A stretch of 63,818 nucleotides of DNA, filler included, from Reclinomonas americana ATCC 50394 (GCA_048213135.1; 13 parts of 13 records of this genome joined end to end with filler, not necessarily neighbours in it), one strand, 5' to 3'; positions 15,101 to 29,523 are shown, numbered from the whole stretch's first letter. The notes: generated by a model from the sequence alone, not told the origin. Program-made: numbers and translations.

Positions 15101-18100
15101 TTCCAGCGAATGCTCAGATACACACGCAGACCGAGTCCAAACGACAGCACCAGCATCTCCATCGTGTACACCGCCAGGAAAAACGTGATCAGGGATTCTG
15201 TGCACAAAGGCACGGTGAACACCTCGGCACTGAGCGCCGAACACTAGAAGAAGGTGTAGCAAAAAACGCAACGACGAGTGGTTGTCCAGTAGCCCGGCTC
15301 CTGCCAAAACTGGGAGGCGCAGATGCACACGTCCACAATCAAGGTGATGGTGATGCACCGATAGAACCTGGCGTAGGCACGACTGCCGGTGACGGAGAAT
15401 GCACCGAATTGGTGATGCAGCCACTTGCCTAGGGCCGTGGGCGGCGGTGCACGGAAGGTGCCGAGGCTGACCAAGTTGAAGAGCGTACGCAGATTCAACC
15501 ACAACTTGCGTTCGCGGGTCATGCCGAGGTTGGCGGTGCGAACATCGTTCATGGCGTCAATCACCACACCAAAGATCTGAGTGCCCCGATCGTGTGAGCA
15601 CAACGACATTCTCGCGCACTGTGACATTCACCGCCCGGGCGACGCAACGATGCGGAAAAAGTAGTAGCTGCTGAGGAAGACGTAGGCGAGGGCGTACGCC
15701 GAGTTGACCATGGAGTAGTCCTGCTGCGGCTGCTTTCCGGGCCCCACAATATCCATCGTGGAGAACATGATTGGCGTCCATCCTTCCAGGTTGGCGATGA
15801 TGAAGAGGGAACTGGCGGCCTGGTACACATTATCGAAATTGTTGTCTGCATTGCTCCACACGCGCGGCGCAATCACGCCCAGATCATTGGCGTAGACACC
15901 GCTGCACGAATCCTCTCCGTCGACGTCTGTACACGCACACACACGCAAATCAAGGAGATGGTCAGCACCCGGCGGTCCAGGGCAGCACATACAACCACGC
16001 GTGAACACGCAACTGCCGTCGTTGCACGAATACAGGCGGCCAGCAAAGAGCACGACTCCGAGCACAGAGAAGAACAGGTGGATGACACCGAGGCCGAGTG
16101 CCAGCTGCAATCACACCTTCAAGGTCAATGCCACGACAATGCTGCATGTCAGAGGAGCAGCAATACACACGCACCGGCAGCAACTTCTTCATCGTCTTGA
16201 AGAAACTCCGAATGATAAACTTGAACGATTCGAAGCGCGAAAAGAGCAAAAAGATGCGCAGGAACCGAGCCGCTCGCAGCATGCGCCCGATTTGTGAGGC
16301 TTGTCCGGCGCTTGTAAGCGTCACCAGAATGCTGAGGTAGGCCAGTACGAGGATGAAAAACTCGAGGAAGTTCCAGCTGTTGTTGAAGTAGCCGTTCGGA
16401 CGAGGTGCGTTCTTGAGTGGCTTCTGATAGAATCCGTACGCCATAATCTTGAGGAGAAATTCGACGCTGAAGAAAATGACAAACAGGTACTCGCTCAAGC
16501 TGCGCGCGCGCGTGTGTGTGTGTGAGCGAGATGCCGACGCCCATCTCATGAAAAAGAGACTCGTGCAGACCTCAGACTCTTGACTTTGCCGGCGGCCTGA
16601 ATGCGCGGATCGTTGCCAGCCAACAGAACACAGTTGGCGATAATGAGCCCCGCCATGAACACCGGATACACGGCCAACGAGAAGCCATACTCGAAATCAG
16701 CCGTGATTGCCAGACGCCGCATTCGGAACCTCTCCACCTCCTCACCGACGGCGTCAAACGATGTGCCGGGTCGGAGCCAACTCGGCGATTGCGCCACTGC
16801 ACGCGAAAAGATGAAGACGGTGAGGCGTCGACGTGGAGAACGCCGTGATTCATGGCGCAAGCACTACAAACCTCTCACACGAGAACCGAGAGGAATGAGC
16901 CGTTTCGTGTCGTCCACCGCGGCACCATGGAACTTGTACGTCTTGCCTCGCTGCAAACCGTCGACGCGGAATCGCACCATGCGGTTCCGTGGATGCAACA
17001 CGAAGCGCTTCATCAGCACGCCGTCGTGCAACACTCGTAGAATAATCTCCTCCGGCTGCGGCACATCCACGTGCGAGGCAAAATGCACTTCCACCGCCGT
17101 GTCACTCAGCTCCACGACTTGCATTCGATAGAGCCGCGACGACACAGCAGTGCTGCTTTCGTGAGCGTTTGCCGGACTACCGCCATCTGTTTGTGAGGAG
17201 CGAATCAGTTAGCCAACGCCCCAGCAGCAAGCGAGCGACCACCAGCAATGTACCATCGCGGGCGGCATTTTGCAAGAGCGCCTCGTTTGTCAAATCTCCC
17301 AGCTCGAGTCCTGCAAAGAGCACCAGCACACTCTCAGACAACCACTCTTACGCTGCCCACCACCTCATGTCATCACCACAGCGCACCTTTGTGGCGACGA
17401 CGCAGTCCAAGACGGAAGAGCAGCGCCAGTCGGCACCACAGACTGATGCGATTGCGATCAAAGCACCTGCGAGGTGAGAAAGAGATGTCAGCAACTCAAG
17501 TGCATGACCACGTGCATCAAGAGCACGGACTGCTCACTCACGTCTCGCGATTGTGTGCAACCACAATGTCTTTGATACTTGTGACCGTGTCAGCGTCGGG
17601 CCCCTGGACGGCAGTTGAGGTACCAAGGTTGAAACCACGCTGCGCGAGGCTCCCAAGCGCAGTGGAGGCGGTGGTGGGCGAGAGACGAATCGACAGCCGG
17701 CTGCAGAGGCACACTGGTAAGACAAAACAACACAAGTGCCTCACAGAGTTAGTTGTTCACATGAACGAACCGCATTGTTTGCCGGCGGGTCATGCTGCCG
17801 TCGTGCAGCTGCGCTTGGAACGCACGTCGACTCTGCTCTTCGCGACGAGCGCGCGAATCACTGGTGGTCGTTTGCTTTTGAATGATCTGCACGAAGTGTA
17901 AAGACGGGTGGGCACCAGAAGCAACGGCAAGCATTCGGCAGACATGACACGCGGCGTACCCGTTTGAAGAACGAGGCCTGCGACAAGTCGTCGTCCAACT
18001 CCTTGTTCTCGAATTCGTTCTCGTCGCCGAATGACTCGACAATCACGGCAATGACCAGCGACAGGATAATGTCTGCAAATGAGTGAGTCAGACAGAGTCG

Positions 18101-21100
18101 CGCATGTCACCAGTGAAAGTGGCCATCAACTCACACGAGGAGAAAACCACGAAGGTGAAGAAGAACACAATGGCGCCCCAGCGACTCTCGGTGAGCATCG
18201 TGGTCTGCCAAGTGGCAGCCCAGTTCTCTCCCGACAGCATGATCATCATGGTGATGAGCGACTGACTGAATCCGTCAAAGTTGTTCCGCATGGTGTCGTA
18301 CGGCAGGTTGATGGTGGCACTGTCGTCTCCGCCGTCGTCTCGTAGCCTCACTCGTCTTGCACTCCATTTGGAGAGTTGCTCCGAACCTGCCCATACCGAG
18401 ACAGTCAGCGATCAAAGCACGCCAAGTCATGTGCGCGCCATCTCTCCGCACCTGGAAGAGTCACCGAGTACTGATTTTGAATCGAGTCCTCCGCTGACAC
18501 ACTGGGGTCCACAATGGGCAGCAGTAGCTGGTTTTGGAATAATGACATGCCCATGATGGCCCAGCAGATCAAAAAGTAGAACAGCACAATGACACTGCGA
18601 TTTTGCCACGCCGGTGAGCGACAAGTATAGGGGAGAAAATGCGCTGAAATTCAGTGTGAACGCAACACGTTGAACACGTCCTTGCGGTTGCCGAATGCAC
18701 GCGACAGTACACGTCGCATAAAGCCAATGTATAGAGGCAAGAAGAGAATGCGGCAAGCGCGAATGGTGCCGGTGTATCGGCTGTAAAACGTGAACGGGTT
18801 GACGAGGCCGCCCACAGCCACAATGACGCGCAGATCGTTCACTGTCCGGTGCATGAGTGAGCAGAAGCCAAGCAAGACGCAGTGCACAGACGCGAACGCC
18901 GCCATGCTCACCGAGGCTGCAGTACGAAAATCCGTCAATGTAAAATCCAACAACGACGTCCGTGAAAAAGAACGCCGCAATGACACCGTCAGGGTACCGC
19001 AGCGCATTGACTTGATCGGCACTCAGCCCTGCAGGCAGCAGTGAGCGACCAACATGAGACAAGCACAAGTGACACACACACACACACACACACGAACATG
19101 TCAGAGTGTAGCAGCATTGCAGCGCAGTGTCGGTGATGAGCAAGAAGCACATGACAGCGTTCCACTTGTCGCGCCCGGTCCACTTGCCCGGCGTGGCGCC
19201 GCCAGTTGTGCGACGACTCATGTCTTCGCTGTGCGCCGCAATCACACCGCCCTTTCCTCTGCTCGAACCAAATCGGCAAAACACAGGGCATAATCTCTGT
19301 ATCGGCAGGCGTTGAGTCAAGTACACAATCGAGAAAGGTCGCCCGCAGGTCGATTCGCAACGAGAAAGATTGGTGCGAATAGTAGCCGAAGGAAAGAGAA
19401 CTCGGGCTGATCAGACGACTTGTTGGCTGTTGGATAACCATCGCACGTGCGCACACAAGGAAGTGAGAAGGGTGCACTGCACCGCAAGTGAGTCCATCAA
19501 GAGTGTCGTACCGATACCCTCCTCGGTCCGCCGCCGCTGCTGCAGACGGTACTCCTCGTCGAAAAAGATTGTACTCACACTGCGCACAGGAAGCGGCGTT
19601 AGGCATCATCACCCATCCGCATATGCAAGACGACACGCACAACATACCACGCCAAAAACAGATTCAACACAAAATACGCCGCAATGACCACCAGCAGCAC
19701 AAAATACAAGGCACTGCGCGGCAGGCGAAGCATGTCAGGCGACAGATGACAGAAGGGGTCGGGTGATTGGACAACGCACGTGAGCGGCGACTCGGCATCC
19801 ATCAAGCTGAACATGTAGGCGCTCCAACCGTCGAGACTCATGCACTGGAAGACCAGCAAGAAGGCCTGGAAAAAGTTGTCAAAGTTGGCCCAGCCGTTAT
19901 TCGGATTGCCAATGTTCTGCGCGCCACGCCAGTCACTCAGCAACTACTCGCATGTGTGCACGCGTACACCGACAACCACCACTGCGCCTCACCTTGCACA
20001 CCATGTCGCCCGGGCACTGGAAACCCTTTGNNNNNNNNNNNNNNNNNNNNNNNNNNNNNNNNNNNNNNNNNNNNTTAATTAATTAANNNNNNNNNNNNNN
20101 NNNNNNNNNNNNNNNNNNNNNNNNNNNNNNTGGCGCCGCCGGGTGGCTTGCACCACGTTTGCGGTATGGAGACTAAGTAGCCTGGATTGTAAAAGCGCGT
20201 ACTTATCCCACTGCCGTCGCCCCCTCCACCGTCACCACCCCCACTGTCAGTCCCGGGAGCCACAACTGCATCGCCAACGACGACATGAGCACGTCAGCAA
20301 CTCACATGCAAGATGGAAGACCATCAACATGCGCAACTTCCTGGAATGTCGCTCGGTGGTGGATCTTGCAGCGAGACGCCAGGGAGCACGCATCTTCTTT
20401 GCAGAGAGCCCATGAAGGGCGGAATGCCAAAGAGGATAAAGGCAAAAGTCACAAACAGCGTCATGGCCGCGATGGCGAGAAGCTGCGAGCGCGCCTGCCG
20501 GAAGCTGACAAACAGCAGGCGCAGCGCATTGAAGTAGCGGGCCAAGCGGAAGGGTCGGAAGCCGAGCGTCAGCACTAATATGTACGGATCGGTGTTCCAC
20601 GTTCCCGGAAAGTGAATGAGCCACGACAGCAACACGATCAACATGTCGGCCACTTGCAAACTGCTGGTGAAGAACTCGCGCAGACCGAAGCCGTAGATGC
20701 GCAGCAGAATTTCGAAACTGTGTGCGGAACAGACGATGGCGAGAACGCGTCAGCGCATGTGTGCGTGCGTGCACAGACCGCGAAGACAGCACACTGACCT
20801 GCACAAGCCGTTCAGTACGAGATCCAAGATCATAACATTGTGGTCGAGTTGCGATGGATCCAACCACGCGGCGACACCCACACTCAGCGCTTGTATCACC
20901 GCAATAAACCAATAGAACCACCTGCAGGTGAATTGGAGTTGCGTGAGTGCGCGGCAAACTTGCCCATCTGCAAATTAGCCGACGACGCAACCAGATTCCA
21001 GTCTCCGACTCAGGAGCCACCAAGTCAAGTACAAATCGCCGCTTGAACCAGGAATTGTCGGCATTGGCTGGTCTGTACGGCGGCGCGAACACGTTTCCAA

Positions 21101-21915
21101 TCTTCTCCTCGCCTGCATTGCACACGTGTGTGAGCCAACTCGACAACCGGACACGAAACACGCCAGCAGCGTCTCTCATCACCGTTGGCACGCAAGCCGA
21201 GCGACAGCGGTTCGCGTTGCAACCAATCGGCATCCAGCAGTGGCGACGAGGTACCAAAGCCAGCCGAACCCGTGCCATTGGACGCCTCATCGGCGTCCTT
21301 CTTGGACGACGGGTACTTGGTGGGCGACATGATACGCGATCGCCGCATCGGCCTCTGCTCCATCTGCTGCCTGCGCATAAAGTCGGCACGCTCCGTGGGC
21401 GGCACCAGCAGCGCATTCGGTTGCCGCCGGAAACGCGGCGATCCAGGTCGCACCGGCGACAGGGCACCCGATTGCGATCCGGTCTCCAGCGCCGTGCGGA
21501 AGGCCAAACCCGGTCGTGTCGGCCGCACCTCATTCGATCGCGGCGACAACACACTGACACGCCGTCGTTTGCGCGCAGCTGCCGCCGCCGCATCATCCAC
21601 ACCATCAGGTGAGTTGCTGATCGAGTCCGGTGTCGACGAGCGCAACGACGAGCGCGATCCACTGCGTTTGAGCGGCGACGGAGGCCGATGCACTCCGCTG
21701 CCACTATCCTCCTGCTCCTCCTCCTCGTCCACAGAGACGCCAGAGTCGACGCTCTCCAGATCCTCCAGAGAAATGCTCTCCAGTGCGACCGGCGCCGAAC
21801 GCGCGACAGCAGGCAAACGCGGTGGGGCGCGCAGAGATGGGTGGAGGACAGGCGGTGCAAAGGAAGGCGCGCGAAGCAGCGCCAGCCCTCGAAGGTGTGC
21901 TCCACCTTGCGCCAT
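12120..21915 (-). CDS. Four-domain voltage-gated-type cation channel alpha subunit, NALCN/Cch1/Cav-like; multi-exon, 5' end possibly further upstream
   Basis: Four pore loops: FQCMSLDGWS, MLSGENWA, IANLEGWT, RVSTGEDWE. S4-like Arg stretches. PRVWSN..NFDNV and the D-IV 'CT...DCG' turret resemble NALCN/Cch1. EF-hand-like LWRKYDPSGCGFI in the C-tail. Confidence 0.9.
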
Positions 21916-22060
21916 CTAGAGAGGGAAAAGAGAGGGAGAAGAGGCAGAGAGAGAGAGAGAGAGATTGAGAATCACAACCACACACACACTCTCTCTCGTA
22001 CACAATCACACACACACTCGTACACACACTCTCTCGTACACATACACACACACACACACA

Positions 22061-22097
<37 letters not shown>

Positions 22098-22199
22098 CTN
22101 NNNNNNNNNNNNNNNNNNNNNNNNNNNNNNNNNNNNNNNNNNNTTAATTAATTAANNNNNNNNNNNNNNNNNNNNNNNNNNNNNNNNNNNNNNNNNNNN

Positions 22200-25100
22200 A
22201 CGCTTCGGATTGACATCGTAGTGACCAGGTCCGGGTCTGTCATCCTCCGGCTCAGGCAACCGCTGTCCCATGGAGAACTTGGGTCCGTCGGGCTTGGTGA
22301 TCGGGCTGTAATCGCCAGGACCGGCGGTCGTCTCCACATGATCCTCTGTGGTAGCCGAAGACAGCAGGTGAGCGCAATGATTTCACGAGACACAGCAAGA
22401 CGCAAACAAACCTGGTCGGCCATACAGCGAGAACGCTGGTCCCTCACGCTTCTGATTGACATCGTAGTGGCCAGGTCCAGGTCTGTCATCCTCCTGCTCG
22501 GGCAGGCGCTGTCCCATGGAGAACTTGGGTCCGTCGGGCTTGGTGATTGGGCTGTAGTCGCCAGGGCCGACGTCAATCCTGTCGACAGCTGTTGCATTTT
22601 CACACAACGACTTGTCAGCAAACAAATTTCAACACAGATCTCGCACCACGACACAAGACGCAACGATCCACAACACGACCACTCAGACTGTACCGAGGGC
22701 CCGCAGGCTTCGTAAAGTCAACCTTGGGGCTGTACGCAGTTGCACTCGGACCGGTCGGCGACGTTTCCTCCAGGCGACGTCCCAGGCTGAATGCTGGACC
22801 AGCGCCAGCTGACGGAATGTCGTCTACACGTAGTTCACAAGTGAGTAGCGTGAAACTCACACAGTCTTATGTCGATGCAGCCAAAGATCTGCTGGACGCA
22901 ACAATAGCCCGGCGTCTCGTCGGCGTACTGCGGGAGGCGACCCAACAGCGAATACTGTGGTGGTGCAGGCTTCGTGAGATCGACCTTGGGAGAGTATGCT
23001 GTGGCGCCTGGTCCATCGGAAACGTCGTCGCGATCAATGCGTGCACCAAGCGAGAAGGCAGGTCCATCTCGTGGCAACTTGGGATCATCTGCAAGCCAGC
23101 GAATGAGACCACGTCATGAATGAGGAGATGCGACAAACACAACGACGCACATGATCCAGGGCCAATCTCAACATCCGGACGCGCTGTGCACAGACAACAA
23201 CCTCGAGGTGAGCTACAGTGCGTCCACGGCGACGGCAACGATGGGAAACAGGCTGCACACGCAACGTTCGGGCAGTCGACCATGAAGCGCCACCTTTGCC
23301 GAGGACGGTCTAGTCAAATCATGCTTCGGCGAGTATGCCGTCACAGGCGGCACCTCCGGTGACTAATTTCGTACATGGGTATGAGATATGCCATCACACG
23401 CAAACACATACAGACGGATGAACATGATACGCACCCGCTCACGCTCCGGCCGGGCACCCAGAGAAAAGGCTGGTGCTGCGCGACGCACAGGTGACGAGTT
23501 CGGGTTGTATGCCGTCGGTGCCGGAGTGGTCACGTCCGGCTCCTGCTCGATGCGACGGCCAAGTGAGAACTTGGGAGCGCTGCCGATGGTGCTCTTGACG
23601 GCATCTATAAAAGGCATAACGTTCAAGATAAATGAGGAACAAACTTCGGATAAGGATTGCACACAGGGGACTCCACGCAACAGGAACCGGGGCCAGGGGC
23701 AGGCGAAGAAGCTGGACACACATACACACACGCACACAAGCGACGACCCAGTCAGACCAACACAGTACAAGACGCAGAACAAAACGGCGTCGACGACATG
23801 ACGCACGATCCATCATTGGACGACCAACGCAGTGGCACGGATTGTGACGACGAAGTGGGCTCGGGCTGCTGGTGTTTCGTCCACCGACAAACTCGCGGCG
23901 AGCAAACATGGGGCCGGAGAGGTCAATTCCCCGAGAACGCGCGCTGGGCGACGCGGAAGACCGATTCGCCGACGGCGAGCGCGCTGCCGACTTGGGCCGA
24001 CCAGCCTCGGGCGAAGTCACACCACCATTGGCGGCTGCGGATGGCGGGCGAGGCGCAGGCGAGCGTGCAGACGAACGCGAAGCAGACGGCGGTCGATTCA
24101 CAGTTGGCGAAGCGCGACGCATTGGCGACGCAGGAGATCCCTTGCTGCTGCTGTTGGGAGCGCGTGGCACCCGCGCAGGCATTCCTGGCGGCGATCGCAC
24201 GTCCGACGGGGGAAGCGGCGGATACACAACTGTCGACGGCTGACTTGCATTCTGCGACCGCGACGATGTGTCGTTGGTCGCCGAGGAGCCACTGGCCATG
24301 GACGCTGTTCGCTGCTTGGTGCTGGGCGAAGCAGCGCGACCGGCCGACATGGATCGCGCGTGCGGTGACTGCGGAGTGCGCCGAACGGGCTCCACTGGCT
24401 GCACCGGGGCAGGCGGCGTGGCAGTCGTCAGCGGACGCGGCTTGTTCACAATGGTGCCTGCAGTAATAGGTGACCGGGATGCCGGTGGAGAAGTACGTCG
24501 TGGCTGCGTCGGGGCCGGCATCGGCGACACCGTCTTCGCAGACTGCAATGACAAAGTCAGCGGTGGCCACAGCGTGGCAACAACCAAATAGGGAAGCGAG
24601 AGAACACACACCGGGGGCGAGGAAGCGGAGGCGACCTTGGCCGGTGTGAAGCGGAAAGTTGCCGTTGTGCCGGTCTTCGGAGGCGACGACTTGGGCGGCG
24701 ATGACTTGGGCGGCGTCTGCTGCGAAGACGGTTCCTGCGTGAACCAACGCACCCCGTCAGTCGCGACATCATCGATTGTTCTTCTCCGTGACACATACAC
24801 ACACACTCACCGGCGAGCCATAAGACTTGTTTCGCAGTTCCTCAATGCGTGAGCGCACCGACGCAGAAATTGGTCCACCAGAAGAACGGCGCTGTAATGG
24901 ATGAACACAACAGTGAGACTCACACAGACCGACTTGCGGCGATCGACAGTGAGAACAACACACCGAGACGGACGTCTGCGAGGGAGGGGAGCGTTGTGGT
25001 GGCGACCCCGCCTGCGGGACTGGAGCGCGCACCGCAGGCTCCACAGTCACTGGGGCGACAGGTGCAACAGGTGCTGCCGGAGCAACAGGCGTGGGCTGCG

Positions 25101-28100
25101 CGACCACTGCTGGTGGGCTCGGCTGCTCCCGCACAGGCGACACGGTACCAGAAAGCGGCGACTGCACCAGACTCTGACGTGAGAATGTAAACAGAGGTGA
25201 CATTACGCGGACACTTCTAAGGACGCACTGCTGTCGCGGATCGCGCTCCCGACACGGTTTTCCAGCCCAGCCGATTATCCGGCTGCGCAGCCACATCAAT
25301 TAGACAACAGAGCATTCAAATCTCACCCATCGATCATAGACGCACCGACGTGCTCCGGTCACGCTCCGGTTGCCGAGGTGACACTGTCCTCCATTCACCC
25401 TGTTCGCTTGTTTTTTAGCACACGCCAACAACATTCTACTTTTCAGACATGGAGTAAGACGCAACATCCGCCCTGGGAGAGTTGCTGCGGCGTGGCGATG
25501 CTTCGTTTGGCGACAACAGCGACGGCGGAGAGGCGAGAAGGTGAGGCGGGGACGCTGCAGACGACACTGCAGGTGGTGAAGACCGAGTCGACGTCTCAGA
25601 GGACTGAGTCTGCAGGTCAAAACGATACGCGTGAGAGCTTGCATCTCCGCAAACACATCAGCCACTCGGGTCTACGCACAAAAATGAGAGTGGTCCGCAC
25701 AGTCTCCTTGGACGTGAAGCGAGTCGTGGTTGTCATGTTGACCACTGTCGAGACTGAAGAGCCTGTCGTTTCCTTTGGCGGAGACGCAGCAGCGCCCGGC
25801 GTGGCCTCGACAGCGGTCTCGGTAAGCGTGGGCAGCGGCTCGGCCACTTGACGCTTCACAGGCGTGATCGAATCGCGCGGGCTTCGCTCCGCAGGCGCCA
25901 ACTGTGGCAACCGACCCGGCAACGGAGCACTCTCCTTGACAACAGGCTGCGACTTCTCCTCCATCACCACAACCTCCGGCGTCTGTGACCGCCAAACAAG
26001 CAGGGATGATGAGCGAGGAAACATGGTGAAAAAAAGAAGCATCTGACTGACAGTACGGATGAACCTGAGGCATGGCTCGCGGCGGTGGTCGGTTGACGTA
26101 CGTCTCGCCCGCGACAGGAGTCCGAATCTCTCGCTCCTCCGTCATGGTGATAACGGTGACAAGGACTTCTCGCATGTGCGGTCTGCAGGTGAAGACGGCG
26201 CGTCTATTTAGCTGATAGACTCCAGAACAACAGCAAAGCACCAAATGAGGCTGCGCACTTCATCTCCTGAATCGACACTGCACCAACACCTTGCACGTCA
26301 AGCTCCTCAAACTCTGCGCGCACACGCACACACAACCATCAGCATTCAGCGACGCGAGTGACGTGCGCAATGCACTCTCGTGGGACGATGACAAGTGCAC
26401 TCAACGAATCTCCAACTCGTCATCAGCAGGCATGCGCTCGGCCGGTACTTGCAAGTTCGAGTAGTACTCACGCATGGTCTGGCCGAGACGGATGTCGGTC
26501 GGTGAGCAACGAATGACGAGGAGCACTCCATGTGAGCAGAGAGCACGTCAAAACCTTCTTGAATTCGGGTCGACCCAACGGCACCGAGGGTTGTGTGGCC
26601 GCGGCGCGGTACGTGCGTTGCACGAGACGGTCAAAGCGAGCCTCGTCTTCCAGCATACTGCGTAGAATGGTCGACGGTCGAGGCAGGCTGCTTTCCTCGC
26701 CAGTGGCGATGGCCGATGGCGGTGAGCGAGCATGCGGTGGCGACGGCTGCCATGCGTGAGCAAACAAACACTTGTGTGAGACGCGCGCGGCGCTAAAACA
26801 CATCAAAACAGCAACGGTCGAGTACCTGTGTCTGCTGTGCTTGCGGCGGAGAGCCGTACGTCTGCGACAGCGAGCGCACCTTCTCCGAACCAGGCGACGC
26901 ACCAGATGCACCAGCAGTCGTGTCGCTACCCGTGCTCCCAGAGCGGAACTGGCGAGCAGCATCCTCCACCACCTCGTGCGGAATCACAGGTGGCGCGGTG
27001 GGAACCGCAGCATGTGATCCCTCGACTGCGCCCTGCTCAAAGGCCTTGGCCAACTCGGACACACGACGACCGGGAGACACCATCTCCACTGAGCCCTCGG
27101 TGGAGCGCGCAGAGAGCGGCAGCGACGGCGAATTGCGCGACTCGAAGCTTTGCGCCAACTGCGGCACTCGGCTACCCGACGGCGGCGACGTCTTGGTGTC
27201 GGCACCCGCCTGTGTGCTGGGTGGCACTGGAGACGCCGACGATTGGAACGAGTGAGCGAGTTGTGAGACACGCGAGCCACCGGCTGCGTGATGCTCCACC
27301 ACCGTCATGTGGGACACATTCAGCGTGTCGGTGGATGTCACTGACGAGAAGGACGTCTCGGCCTGTGCGCGCAACGTGAGGAGGGGTAGGCAGGCAGGTA
27401 GGCAGGCAGGGAGGTGAGACGACAAGACTGACCGTGTCCACGTTCGACTGCTGGAACAGGGCTCGCTTCTCGTTGAACGAGAGGTACTGCGGCGACAGCG
27501 GGGTATCTGCGGCAGCGCCCTTGCCGTCCTGCGGTGCCTCGGCTTCCACCGAGATTGGCGCGGGTGCCTCCACCACCGCCACTTCTTCTTCTACCTCTTC
27601 TTCCTCCTCCTCGCCTTCGCCCTCCTCCTCGTCGCCCGCATCGCCTTGCGGTTCCACACCGTCGCGGCTGTACGAGCGATCGGTCTGGTACCACTCCGCA
27701 ATCTGTTCCATCTGCTCCTCTATGCTCTCCAGATCACGCGTGGCCTGCTCCAACACCTCTCGCATGTGCGGTCTGAACTCCTCGACCGTGAGGCGTCCGT
27801 GATTGTGCACGTCAAGGTGACGGAATTCTGCTCGCAATGACGTGTGTGTGAGAAGGGAAGGGAGACGAGGGAGGAACGCACAGAGAATGACGCAACTCTC
27901 CTCCAGTGCTTCTTCTGTCGGAAACTGTGATCGCGGAAGATGCAGATGCGCACAAAAGCCGTGCATCATCTGACAATACACCACATCGTGTCAGCGCGCA
28001 CAACAGATCACGCAAATCGACACACGAAGACGAAACTTCGGCAAACTCGGAGAGCGACACGGAACCCGACGCATCGACATCGACGGCGCGGAAGTGTCGC

Positions 28101-28943
28101 TGCACCACCTCATCGAATCGCTCATCGTCCTCCAGCACCCCACGCAGCATCACCGACAGCCGCGGAGTCGTAAACGGAGCATCCTCCTCCACATCTCCCG
28201 CTGCGGCCGTCGTGGGAACGTCTACAACAGGCGGCAACGCAGCAGGTGCCTGCGCGGAGCAACCAACAACAAAAACAAACCAAACTGACATTCAATTTCA
28301 CAAACAAGGGCATGACATGCACTCAGCGACTCTCTCGCTCTCTTCTTCTCCCCAACTCTCGTTGTTGTTCCGAACATGAACACACAGAGACACGCAGATG
28401 TGCGTGGCACACAAAGAGAGAGAGAGAGTGCGCGCGCAACGAAAAAAGTGTGCCATGGCGCGAAAAACACAAACTAACCACACACACACACGCGCACTCA
28501 CACACAAAGCGAATCTGGCAAATCGCATGCATGCAACCCAATGTGCACACGAGTGAAAGACGACAGCAGTGCGTGTGTGTGCGTGTGTGTGCAAGAGAGA
28601 GAGTGTGAGAGTGAGAGAGAGTGAACAGCAACTCCCTCTGCGAAATGGATATCGATCATGACAGCCTAGCCGCCACCGCTGCTGCTCACTCTCACGCACA
28701 CACACGCACAGACCAAGGCACATGGACACACACACGCAGAGAGACACAGACAGAGAGAGAAAGAAAGCGAAGTGACATTGCGCCATGAAAACACACACAC
28801 ACACACACTTGCAAACGCGCACTCACCGAGGCAGAGCCACTTGCATCTCCATCAGAAGCCGAGCCAGCCGCAGCCGCAGTCGACTTTTGCTGCGACTGCT
28901 TGTTCTTCTTCTTGGCACTTCCACTCTTCTTCTTCTTGCCCAT
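22200..28943 (-). CDS. Large protein with two EF-hand-pair-like modules, Pro/Ser-rich linker and C-terminal SHIPPO (PGP, ODF3-like) repeats; 3' end in gap
   Basis: Repeats PGPGHYD/GPGDYSP...GPKFSMG/GPAFSLG at 22.2-23.6 kb; FRAVDVDASGSVSLSEF and FRHLDVHNHGRLTVEEF loops; first exon MGKKKKSG...|gtgag. That all parts form one gene is inferred from strand and exon continuity. Confidence 0.7.
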
Positions 28944-29099
28944 GACTCAAGCTACAACGACACACTAACAAACACACACGCACACACACAAGAGAGTGAC
29001 GAAGTCGCCCTTCTCTCCTCTGTGCGCGAGATGAAAGTCAGTGTTTGCTGCTTGGGACACAAAATTTCCGAGTCACTTTTGCTTTGCTTGCTTTTCTTC

Positions 29100-29488
29100 A
29101 TGGGCGATTGCATTCGGTGTTTTGTGAGGTTTGCCATGTGTTTTCATCGTGGTTTACTCCTGCTGCTTTGCTCAGGGAATGCAACAACAGGTGTCGGCCT
29201 CCGAATGCCAATGAGGCCTCTGTTGCGTGACTCTCTCTCTTTGTCGCGTTTGTGTCTCTGACTCTCTCTTTGTGTGTGTTTAGGATGTCAACTTTAAGCC
29301 TTCTGTGCGCCTTGAGCCGGAGGTCGGTCGCATCTGGGTGAAGAAGGACTTTGAGGAGCAAAAGTATGATTTCACGGGAGTGTTTCCGCCCGAGATCACA
29401 CAGGAGGCCGTCTTCAATCAGGTTTGGTGCTCTCACACGCGACTGGGGGCGACTGTGTAGTCAGTCACACCCTTCTTACTCATTCTCT

Positions 29489-29523
<35 letters not shown>

